Assembly (NCBI RefSeq): GCF_006345805.1
Contig: NC_043007.1
Location: 55,242,001 to 55,306,000, forward strand
From: Octopus sinensis
Taxonomy: Eukaryota
Length of the DNA: 64,000 bases
Direction of reading: 5' to 3'
Below, piece after piece: positions 40,101 through 51,339 of the stretch; the first letter of the stretch is position 1, and each line of letters begins with the position of its first letter. The translations under genes and the position numbers were made by a program. Under the pieces are notes generated by a model that ran no database searches, had not been told where the DNA came from, and was given only the letters and a program-made list of their open reading frames with translations.

Positions 40101-43100
40101 TCGTTGTTTATTTATAATACATTCAGGCCTGCTGATGATTACGTAAGTATGAAATCACTGTGATACAGGTCTATATTTTTTAAATGTCTTACTTTGAAAA
40201 ATTGCATTCGGTGGGATTAGTAATATTTTTGGTAGAAATGACTGATTGTCCCTCTTAGCGTTTGGCATGTATATATAATGCCTCCTGGCATGTATGTATA
40301 ATGCCCTCTATATATAAATTAATATGTTCAATAAGAAATAATTATTTTCGAAATTTTTTTTCTCTTATGAGGTTTTTACGCTATCTACCTGACAATTTCT
40401 TGTTAAGTTTTCCTTATTAAGTAGTTGTCCTTAATTGCTAAATTTTTATTCCGAAAAAACTTTTCCTCTCCCGAAATGCAATTCGTAAAAGTTTGCCATT
40501 ACCCGGATGTAATATATATAAACTCACCCATGTGCTTCGTTGATGTTGATCAGTTAGCTGATCGGCTTAAGCGAGGCAGGGTCGTTGTTTATTTATAATA
40601 CATTCAGGCCTGCTGATGATTACGTAAGTATGAAATCACTGTGATACAGGTCTATATTTTTAAATGTCTTACTTTGAAAAATTGCATTCGGTGGGATTAG
40701 TAATATTTTTGGTAGAAATGACTGATTGTCCCTCTTAGCGTTTGGCATGTATATATAATGCCTCCTGGCATGTATGTATAATGCCCTCTATATATAAATT
40801 AATATGTTCAATAAGAAATAATTATTTTCGAAATTTTTTCTCTTATGAGGTTTTTACGCTATCTACCTGACAATTTCTTGTTAAGTTTTCCTTATTAAGT
40901 AGTTGTCCTTAATTGCTAAATTTTTATTCCGAAAAAACTTTCCTCTCCCGAAATGCAATTCGTAAAAGTTTACCATTTACCCGGATGTAATATATATAAA
41001 CTCACCCATGTGCTTCGTTGATGTTGATCAGTTAGCTGATCGGCTTAAGCGAGGCAGGGTCGTTGTTTATTTATAATACATTCAGGCCTGCTGATGATTA
41101 CGTAAGTATGAAATCACTGTGATACAGGTCTATATTTTTTAAATGTCTTACTTTGAAAAATTGCATTCGGTGGGATTAGTAATATTTTTGGTAGAAATGA
41201 CTGATTGTCCCTCTTAGCGTTTGGCATGTATATATAATGCCTCCTGGCATGTATGTATAATGCCCTCTATATAAATTAATATGTTCAATAAGAAATAATT
41301 ATTTTCGAAATTTTTTCTCTTATGAGGTTTTTACGCTATCTACCTGACAATTTCTTGTTAAGTTTTCCTTATTAAGTAGTTGTCCTTAATTGCTAAATTT
41401 TTATTCCGAAAAAACTTTTCCTCTCCCGAAATGCAATTCGTAAAAGTTTACCATTTACCCGGATGTAATATATATAAACTCACCCATGTGCTTCGTTGAT
41501 GTTGATCAGTTAGCTGATCGGCTTAAGCGAGGTAGGGTCGTTGTTTATTTATAATACATTCAGGCCTGCTGATGATTACGTAAGTATGAAATCACTGTGA
41601 TACAGGTCTATATTTTTTAAATGTCTTACTTTGAAAAATTGCATTCGGTGGGATTAGTAATATTTTGGTAGAAATGACTGATTGTCCCTCTTAGCGTTTG
41701 GCATGTATATATAATGCCTCCTGGCATGTATGTATAATGCCCTCTATATATAAATTAATATGTTCAATAAGAAATAATTATTTTCGAAATTTTTTCTCTT
41801 ATGAGGTTTTTACGCTATCTACCTGACAATTTCTTGTTAAGTTTTCCTTATTAAGTAGTTGTCCTTAATTGCTAAATTTTTATTCCGAAAAAACTTTTCC
41901 TCTCCCGAAATGCAATTCGTAAAAGTTTACCATTCACCCGGATGTAATATATATAAACTCACCCATGTGCTTCGTTGATGTTGATCAGTTAGCTGATCGG
42001 CTTAAGCGAGGCAGGGTCGTTGTTTATTTATAATACATTCAGGCCTGCTGATGATTACGTAAGTATGAAATCAGTGTGATACAGGTCTATATTTTTAAAT
42101 GTCTTACTTTGAAAAATTGCATTCGGTGGGATTAGTAATATTTTTGGTAGAAATGACTGATTGTCCCTCTTAGCGTTTGGCATGTATATATAATGCCTCC
42201 TGGCATGTATGTATAATGCCCTCTATATATAAATTAATATGTTCAATAAGAAATAATTATTTTCGAAATTTTTTCTCTTATGAGGTTTTTACGCTATCTA
42301 CCTGACAATTTCTTGTTAAGTTTTCCTTATTAAGTAGTTGTCCTTAATTGCTAAATTTTTATTCCGAAAAAACTTTTCCTCTCCCGAAATGCAATTCGTA
42401 AAAGTTTTACCATTTACCCGGATGTAATATATATAAACTCACCCATGTGCTTCGTTGATGTTGATCAGTTAGCTGATCGGCTTAAGCGAGGCAGGGTCGT
42501 TGTTTATTTATAATACATTCAGGCCTGCTGATGATTACGTAAGTATGAAATCAGTGTGATACAGGTCTATATTTTTTAAATGTCTTACTTTGAAAAATTG
42601 CATTCGGTGGGATTAGTAATATTTTTGGTAGAAATGACTGATTGTCCCTCTTAGCGTTTGGCATGTATATATAATGCCTCCTGGCATGTATGTATAATGC
42701 CCTCTATATATAAATTAATATGTTCAATAAGAAATAATTATTTTCGAAATTTTTTTTTCTCTTATGAGGTTTTTACGCTATCTACCTGACAATTTCTTGT
42801 TAAGTTTTCCTTATTAAGTAGTTGTCCTTAATTGCTAAATTTTTATTCCGAAAAAACTTTTCCTCTCCCGAAATGCAATTCGTAAAAGTTTGCCATTTAC
42901 CCGGATGTAATATATATAAACTCACCCATGTGCTTCGTTGATGTTGATCAGTTAGCTGATCGGCTTAAGCGAGGCAGGGTCGTTGTTTATTTATAATACA
43001 TTCAGGCCTGCTGATGATTACGTAAGTATGAAATCACTGTGATACAGGTCTATATTTTTTAAATGTCTTACTTTGAAAAATTGCATTCGGTGGGATTAGT

Positions 43101-43793
43101 AATATTTTTGGTAGAAATGACTGATTGTCCCTCTTAGCGTTTGGCATGTATATATAATGCCTCCTGGCATGTATGTATAATGCCCTCTATATATAAATTA
43201 ATATGTTCAATAAGAAATAATTATTTTCGAAATTTTTTCTCTTATGAGGTTTTTACGCTATCTACCTGACAATTTCTTGTTAAGTTTTCCTTATTAAGTA
43301 GTTGTCCTTAATTGCTAAATTTTTATTCCGAAAAAACTTTTCCTCTCCCGAAATGTAATTCGTAAAAGTTTACCATTTACCCGGATGTAATATATATAAA
43401 CTCACCCATGTGCTTCGTTGATGTTGATCAGTTAGCTGATCGGCTTAAGCGAGGCAGGGTCGTTGTTTATTTATAATACATTCAGGCCTGCTGATGATTA
43501 CGTAAGTATGAAATCACTGTGATACAGGTCTATATTTTTTAAATGTCTTACTTTGAAAAATTGCATTCGGTGGGATTAGTAATATTTTTGGTAGAAATGA
43601 CTGATTGTCCCTCTTAGCGTTTGGCATGTATATATAATGCCTCCTGGCATGTATGTATAATGCCCTCTATATATAAATTAATATGTTCAATAAGAATAAT
43701 TATTTTCGAAATTTTTTCTCTTATGAGGTTTTTACGCTATCTACCTGACAATTTCTTGTTAAGTTTTCCTTATTAAGTAGTTGTCCTTAATTG

Positions 43794-43796
<3 letters not shown>
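34133..43796 (+). repeat. Hammerhead satellite, right block: ~20 tandem ~479-bp units, ribozyme on the plus strand
   Basis: Reverse-complement orientation of the same unit, starting aggtttttacgctatc at 34133 and ending at ttgtccttaattgcta next to (TA)n. Confidence 0.95.
34371..34416 (+). ncRNA. Minimal type I hammerhead ribozyme (representative of ~34 copies)
   Basis: GGCCTG-CTGATGA-T TAC GTAA GTA T-GAAA-TCAC T GTGA-TA-CAGGTC: 6-bp helix I (one G.U), GNRA-capped helix II, palindromic helix III with a 1-nt loop, AUA site. Confidence 0.82.
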
Positions 43797-43827
<31 letters not shown>

Positions 43828-43857
43828 ATTTGTATATATATATATATATATATACAT

Positions 43858-43925
43858 ATATGTTTGTGTGTGTCTGTTTGTCACCCCACCATCGCTTGAC
43901 ACTCGATGCTGGTGTGTTTACGCTC
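43858..43925 (+). mobile_element. Fragment of the 3' half of SINE family A
   Basis: tgtgtgtctgtttgtcacccc...catcgcttgacactcgatgctggtgtgtttacg matches the other copies. Confidence 0.75.
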
Positions 43926-44340
43926 TGTTAATGAAGACTTCGCCTGGTAAATAAATTTTTATTTACTAAAATATGTCAGAAACCATGGTCCGGAATTAGA
44001 TGGTAAATGTTTTTATTTTTCATTCCCTTCGAGAATTTATTCCCTAATTAGTGGTTTGGACTTTAACTGCTCTTTCTCGCGCAAAGGATCCTATGATGGA
44101 CTCCTCTTAATGTGTTTTAACGTACACTGTATTTTATATGAATAACATATAGTCTATTGACTAATTTTTCTCTACGCAAGGCCACTGGTAGTAAAAATTT
44201 CTAAAATCTTTATTACCCTGATATTATTAATTATGTATAATGATTTCTGGTAGATTCGTTCGAAGAATTTACCGCTATATTTTTACTGCCGACAAAAAGA
44301 CTGCGCTTACGCAGTGAATTTAAAAAATTTTAAATGTATA
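43926..44340 (+). repeat. Diverged relic related to the 484-bp retrozyme-like unit
   Basis: agtctattgactaatttttctctacgcaaggccactggtagtaaaaatttc...ttattaccctgatattattaatt resembles agtctctgactatttactttttcccactaggccgctggtggcaaataatttc...ttgccaccctatattgattaatt. A degenerate hammerhead (..aatga-aGAC..GTCa-GAAA-CCATGG-TC) lies at ~43930-44005. Confidence 0.55.
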
Positions 44341-44359
44341 AGTAATGAGACACATGCTG

Positions 44360-45215
44360 GATTTACCTCCTCACCGACACCCATCATCGACCCTATCACA
44401 TCACCGAATCTTTCATCTGCACTTCATCTATTGCATCTCCTGCTCTCTCTGCCATTCCTCTGTACATCGGAAAAACGGGACGCCGCTTGGCTGACCGGTT
44501 CGCGGAACTCCTCCGAGACATCCGCCTCGGCAATGACACACCGGTCTCACGCCATTTCTGCTCTACCGGTCACTCTTTGCAACACCTGTCCGTGTTCGGA
44601 TTGTCCTTGCACATAGGCCATCCGGACTCCCGTTTGCGCCGTGAACAGGGATTAATCTTCTCTCTTCGCTCTTTTACGCAATTTGGACTCAACTCTCCTC
44701 CCCTCTTCATCTAGCTTCCTCTCTTGCCTCTCTCCCCTTGCCCCTCTCCCCCTCCCTCCTATTTCCTCTCACCCACCTCTCCTTTCATGCTCTGACTCCT
44801 ACTTCTCTTCATTCCTACTTCTCTTTACCCTACACTCTTTTTCTCTTCTCTCTTACTCTCTTTCTCTCTCATACCCACCTTCCCCTTCCCCCATCGTCAA
44901 CCCTCCCCCATAAGCCCACCCCACCACTACAAATCCCCACCTCACCTTCCCTATCCTTCCCATCCCACTCTATCCCATCCCTCAAACCCTCTCCCACATA
45001 CCCCACCTCTACCCCCGCCCTCTGCCTACCCACATACCCCACATCTACACCCACCCTCTGCCTACCTACATACCCCACCTCTACCCCAACCCTCAGCCTA
45101 ACTCACACCCCACCCGTGCTTTCCCCACTCTCGCCTCTCCCACCTCCCAACACCATCACACCACACTACACTACACCATACTACACAACACATCATATCA
45201 CAACCCACCAGTATG
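44360..45215 (+). mobile_element. Second, shorter copy of the Neptune-type Penelope element (GIY-YIG end + C/T-rich 3' region)
   Basis: ORF 44487-44714 DRFAELLRDIRLGNDTPVSRHFCSTGHSLQHLSVFGLSLHIGHPDSRLRREQGLIFSLRSFTQFGLNSPP is nearly identical to the copy at 24560-24850. Confidence 0.9.
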
Positions 45216-45219
45216 CATA

Positions 45220-45255
<36 letters not shown>

Positions 45256-45357
45256 GGAGTAAACACATAAATGTGAAACAAGGTGGAAAAAAGAGTACTC
45301 AAATACCAGTGGTAGAGTAATATGCTTTATTTTAAGCAGCAGAAAATTCAACAAAAT

Positions 45358-45395
45358 CTGTTACTCTGAGTTTCTCGTTGCCGTTCATCAGACAG
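45358..45395 (-). ncRNA. Minimal type I hammerhead ribozyme motif
   Basis: CTGT-CTGATGA-A CG GCAA CG A-GAAA-CTC A GAG-TA-ACAG; helix I CTGT/ACAG, GNRA loop, GUA site. Confidence 0.75.
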
Positions 45396-46380
45396 TTTTT
45401 GCTAGAATGGAACTTATATATTAATTCAATCTATACTCTTACAAACGCTACACCTTTAAAAAGAAATGGACTTGTTTGATTGGCCCTTTAGAAAAAAACG
45501 GTCAATCTTCGAGCGATAAACAAAAAAGGTCAAAATATATGTATATATATAAAAAAACTTATAAAAATTATAAAAATTATAAAATCCGAGGAAAAAACCG
45601 AGGAAAAAACCTATTGCCGTTAATGAAGACAGTACAAATTAATGCATAGAAATTAAACCTGTTATAAATACTGCAATACATATTTATATTAAAATCCACA
45701 TATATATATCAACATACACAAAAGGATGCGCGTAAACGCCATACATACATATACAGACGTATGAATATGAATCTAAATTATACACATAAAAGCATGTGTA
45801 CATATATTCACGCAAACCGTCTCGCACGCAAGCTAAAATTCATCTATGTAGCAATTCTCATATACTGAGCAAGGAGGGGGAACGAAAGAAAGGGAAAGAG
45901 AGAAAAAGGAACGAAAGAGGGGGGGAAACTTGTAGCGATGTTATTGGCATCTATAGAGGCCAGTATACATACACAAGTTTGAATTGATACATATACATAC
46001 CGTCGTGTGTATGCGTGCTTAAGCACAAGCATACTTTCACTTACACATACACAGATACGCATGCTTACAAATACATATGCTTTGCTATACATATACTTAT
46101 ATAAACATTCTAATTTTGACAACATTGCTTTTTTTTAAAAAAAACATTGCTTTTAAAAAATGGGTGCATTAATAAAAATATATACGAAAGACATATAAAA
46201 TAAAATATAACATCCTATTTTGGGTCATTTATAAATAATCAAGGTAATATAAATAATCAAGGTAATCCTATGCAATACAATAACATGAAAACAAAGTTTG
46301 TAGGTTTTTCCTAATATATATGTAGAAACAATAAGACTTTGCTATAGATCCGTCGTAGCGCTTAAGAGTCAAAATCAAAA

Positions 46381-46965
46381 TCAAAAATCAAAATACAAAA
46401 TATATACTCTATCCATATGGTATATGGACATTTTAAATTTAGCCGCGTGCCTACATAAGTTCATTAACTCACTTCTTTGATTCAAAGAATTATTGTCTTT
46501 GAATAAGATGTGCATTTTCTCTAATAAGCAAAGCTTGCACTTGAAATTATATTTGTAAGCTCCATGCCTGTATGGTGCCGCCCTGTCCAGAATGCTCCAT
46601 GTCACGTTGAAAGGTGGGGCTTCCTTTTCTTTTAGTTCCCAGACATATTTTGCTAGGCTGGTTTTCTTCCTATTCTCTGGGTATTTAAAAGAATTCTTAT
46701 GAGAATAAAATCTTGTTTTAAATGAATTTTCTGAAGCCCCTGTGTATGTCTTGTATTCCGATGAGCCTTCCACTTGCACCTTGGCTCTATAAACTACTCC
46801 TTTCACTAGACATTTCCCTTCTAACGGACAGGAGCTTTCGTTTTTGAAATTACATTTCTTAATGGGCTCGGCACCATGTCTAATCTCAATTAGCTTCCTA
46901 TTATGTTGGCTAATGTAAGAGGCGAAATTTCTGCAATGCATTGCGAATAAGCCCGCCATTTTCAT
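46381..46965 (-). pseudogene. Penelope-type GIY-YIG endonuclease fragment with Cys-rich linker and terminal CxxC/CRH motif
   Basis: CNFKNESSCPLEGKCLVKGVVYRAKV...TYTGASENSFKTRFYSHKNSF...TSLAKYVWELK...WSIL...CKLCLLEK...LNQRSELMNLCRH. Confidence 0.82.
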
Positions 46966-46974
46966 AGATATGTA

Positions 46975-47270
46975 AAGATAAACATTCGGACATGCTACGA
47001 CGAATTCTACGGTTGGCTATCGAGCTTGTAATGTTATGTTTTTCTCTTATATTTCTTGAGTTTGTTGCACTGATGAACATAAAATGCATATTCTGCATTT
47101 AAATGCGAAATCACATGTGATATGTAACTGAATTCTTTTTTAAAATGATGTGTTTTGAAGTTTTGCATTCGGTAAAATTTTGTTTATTTTTAGTAGTTTT
47201 GACCGCATTGGTCCCTCTTAGCGTGTTGGTATCTACGAATAGTAGTACCCTCAATATAATATAAAATATA
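46975..47270 (+). repeat. Single diverged relative of the 479-bp satellite unit with an intact hammerhead (47064-47128)
   Basis: GTTGCA-CTGATGA-ACAT aaaatgca tattc tgcattt aa ATGC-GAAA-TCAC AT GTGA-TA-TGTAAC. Downstream ttgcattcggt and gtccctcttagcgt are shared with the array unit in the same order. Confidence 0.72.
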
Positions 47271-48443
47271 TATATATGTATATATTAGAGGATTTCTGTG
47301 TGGTCGTCACCAAGTAACTGGAGCACTACAATCTGTGCATTGAAATGAGGTGATCCTACTTTGAAGGAGATTAGAATTTTCTATTTCTCTGAAATTAATG
47401 TCTTCTTCGAAAGTCTCAAAACTTCTGGAATGCATCTTGTACAGATAGATAGATAGAGAAATAGAGAGAGAGAGAGAAAGAAAGAGGGAGAGAGGGTGAC
47501 ATAAAGACGGAAAAACTCATATATACATATATGTGTGTATGTGTAGTAATAGAAATATATTTTTAAATGCATGTGCATTATATATACATATTTAAATATT
47601 TGTACATATGTGTACACAACACATGCGCGCGCTGCACACATGCACGCACACGCACACATTCGCGCACACGCACACATGCGCGCACACGAAAATACACGCA
47701 CAAGCACACACAAACGCACACACACGCATACATAAAGTTTTGTGTAAACTAGATTTGTTGGAATCATTTGTGAAATGTTCGTGCCACTGAGAAAAAGAAC
47801 TGAGAATAATAGCAAATATTTCTATGTGATTGAAGATACGTTTTTTGTATGTATGTATTTTATGTATGTATGTATGTATGTATGTATGTATGTATGTATA
47901 AAGAATGAAGTATCTCAGTATCGGGGAACGGCATTAGCGATCAATAATCGCCTTATATTAAGGTCAAGTTTATCATATAAATCAACAGCAACCTACTCGC
48001 TGAAAGATTGGGAAGTTGGAATTGAGAAGATGATTATAGATGTTCAAGAACAAATTTTAAATGCCAATAGCTAAATAGCAACGCTGCTACACAACAACAC
48101 GTATTTATGTAAAATATTTAGTCAGGTAGAAGATGAAGAACAGCAAGATATTTCGTTTAATAAAGGAAATATATATGTGTTTTTTTTTAATCGATATATT
48201 TAGATTTGAAGCTCAAAGAAGAAAAAAAAGGGCTCCTACCTTCGTTTCCATTTATATCTGAAAATATGATTAATTGCTCCTAATAATATTACTGAAGCAG
48301 TGTAGTGGCGCCTTAGAAAGCTGTGTGATGTGATGTGATGTGAGTGAGAGTGTGTGTATGTGTGTATATGCGCGTATTTGTATACATTAAACATATATAC
48401 TCATGCATACATACATATGTACATATATGCATATATATATATA

Positions 48444-48521
<78 letters not shown>

Positions 48522-48522
48522 T

Positions 48523-48654
48523 TTTATTTTATAGAAGGAACTTCTACAGGACTAGAACTGTTTCATTCAGATGAAATCTTCAGGAAGCTCTTCCTGAAGA
48601 TTTCATCTGAATGAAACAGTTCTAGTCCTGTAAAAGCTCCTTCTATAAAATAAA
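48523..48654. repeat. Near-perfect palindrome (65-bp arms, 2-nt loop, 2 mismatches)
   Basis: tttattttatagaagg...cttcaggaag-ct-cttcctgaag...ccttctataaaataaa; adjacent to (TA)n. Confidence 0.95.
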
Positions 48655-48736
48655 TTACTTTACTCTGCTATGTATTGAGTACCTTATGTACTGTGGTTAA
48701 CCCCGACTCAACCCGGGACCTACATATATATATATA

Positions 48737-48790
<54 letters not shown>

Positions 48791-48856
48791 TATATATATG
48801 CATATAAATATCTCGATATATATATATAAATATATATATATATGCATAGATATATC

Positions 48857-48936
<80 letters not shown>

Positions 48937-50157
48937 ATCCGGAGATCCGAGTGTAGGAAGTTGGTAAGCTTCAGGTAGTGAATGGTAGGTATAGAGAACA
49001 AAATGTGGACAGTGTATCATAAGGAACAATAACAATTCATCGGCGCCAAGAATTATACATGTTTTCCTATATCGAAGTTGCGGGGAAATTCGATAAGCTG
49101 CCAGTTTCTATATAGCTTACAGTTAGCAACTAGACTTGCTAGTAAGGTAAATAAATATCCAAATTGAGTGAGTAGAATAGCTAAAATGCACTTTACATAT
49201 GTTTCTTAGCTAGCTGAAGCTCTTTATGCCACTAGATAAGCTCCGGCGATAAGGCAAAAGTTGAAACCCAAAATTTGCAGGAGTTGACGTGGTTTAGAGT
49301 TGAAGAGTAGGAAGGAAAATTGAAAGAAAAAGGAAGAAAGAAGAAAGGAAACTAGAAAATAGTTGTCTTTAAGGGGAAATATTGTAACAAGAGATTTTAC
49401 CGACTGTTAAAATCCTGTCATTCAAGTTAATGAGGATAAAAGAGGTGGTGTTCGCGTTGCAGAATACAAGGCGCCAGTATACCAGCATGCCCATCTGCAT
49501 TACAATGCATACACACACTCAAGCGCCCATACAAATGCACGCGCACACACAGCAACCGCGCGCACGCATTTATGATCACAATATTTTCCCCTTAACGATA
49601 ACAATAATTTTCTCTTTTTTCTTCTTTATTTCCTTTTCTTTCTCTTTTCCTTCTTTCTCTTTTCCATCCTACTCTAAGCCACACGAACTCCTGCATAATT
49701 TGGGTCTCACCCTTTGCTTTATCGCGTATTGGCTATCTTGATATACTTCTTGACTTGTTTGCTTTTTATTTATTTCTACTTTTTACTATTAGTTTCTCTA
49801 TCCATTTAAACTCACCGCTATGTTTGGAAAAAAGGGTTGGGGGAACTCGACCCCCCCATCCCGGAATCATTGGAATTTTTTTCCTTTCGTTGAATGAATT
49901 GCGGTGACCTAATATGCCACAAACCTTTTATTTTTGGAAAATAGAGTAAGGTGGTGTGGAACACTTGGAAATTTCACCCGACCACTCCCAACATTTTACA
50001 AAAATACGTTTTCCAGTGTGTGGATTACATGGTTCGTCATTAAATATATAGAGAATTTGAATTAATATGTAAACATTTATATTGTTTGTATTTTATGGTG
50101 AACATATTTTTTCTGAAGTCGTAGTGTATTCATATATATTTATGTATATATGTATTA

Positions 50158-50198
<41 letters not shown>

Positions 50199-50224
50199 TT
50201 AATATATTGAGATATATATATCTC

Positions 50225-50639
50225 TCTTTACTCTTTACTCTTTTACTTGTTTCAGTCATTTGACTGCGGCCATGCTGGAGCACCGCCTTTAGTCGAGGAA
50301 ATCGACCCCGGAACTTATTCTTTGTAAGCCCAGTACTTATTCTATCGGTCTCTTTTGCCGAACCGCTAGGTGACGGGGACGTAAACACACCAGCATCGGT
50401 TGTCAGGCGATGTTAGGGGGACAAACACAGACACACAAACACACACACACATACATATATATATACATATATATACGACAGGCTTCTTTCAGTTTCCGTC
50501 TACCAAATCCACTCACAAGGCATTGGTCGGCCCGGGGCTATAGCAGAAGACACTTGCCCAAGATGCCACGCAGTGGGACTGAACCCGGAACCATGTGGCT
50601 GGTTAGCAAGCTACTTACCACACAGCCACTCCTGCGCCT
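50225..50639 (-). mobile_element. tRNA-derived SINE family A, full length
   Basis: Reverse complement of the 21520 copy. Confidence 0.92.
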
Positions 50640-50714
50640 ATATATACATATATATACATATAAATATATGAATATATATATATATACATATAAATACACA
50701 TATATATATACATA

Positions 50715-50966
50715 TACTCTTTTACTCTCTTTTACTCTTTTACTTTGTTTCAGTCATTTGACTGCAGCCATGCTGGAGCACCGCCTTTAGTGGAGCAAAT
50801 CGACCCCGGGACTTATTCTTTGTAAGCCCAGTACTTATTCTATCGGTCTCTTTTTGCCGAACCGCTAAGTGACGGGGACGTAAACACACCAGCATCGGTT
50901 GTCAAGCTGCTAGGGGGACAAACACAGACACACAAACATATACACACACATACACAGACACACACA

Positions 50967-51026
<60 letters not shown>

Positions 51027-51198
51027 CATATATACGACAGGATTCTTTCAGTTTCCGTCTACCAAATCCACTCACAAGGCATTGGTCAGCCCGAGGCTAT
51101 AGCGGAAGACACTTGCCCAAGATGCCACGCAGTGGGACTGAACCCGGAACCATGTGGTTGGTAAGCAAGCTACTTACCACACATCCACTCCTGCGCCT
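50715..51198 (-). mobile_element. tRNA-derived SINE family A, full length (tandem with the previous copy)
   Basis: Reverse complement of the 21520 copy, with an expanded internal (CA)n. Confidence 0.92.
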
Positions 51199-51301
51199 AT
51201 ATATATATTAATACATATATATATATATATATACATTTATATATTAATACATACATACATATATATATATGCTGAAAATATTTTTCTAAAGTCATAGTGT
51301 A

Positions 51302-51339
<38 letters not shown>

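Larger units (their letters stand above)
45252..46970 (-). mobile_element. 5'-truncated Penelope-like element of a different lineage (GIY-YIG fragment, 3' region, pLTR)
   Basis: GIY-YIG ORF 46381-46965 followed downstream on the minus strand by a pLTR-like end at ~45252-45410 carrying a hammerhead. Linking the two ends into one element is inferred. Confidence 0.65.

Noticed and set aside
27653-43796. CRISPR-like array
   Set aside because: Units are contiguous and near-identical with no unique spacers, there are no cas genes, and the context is eukaryotic.
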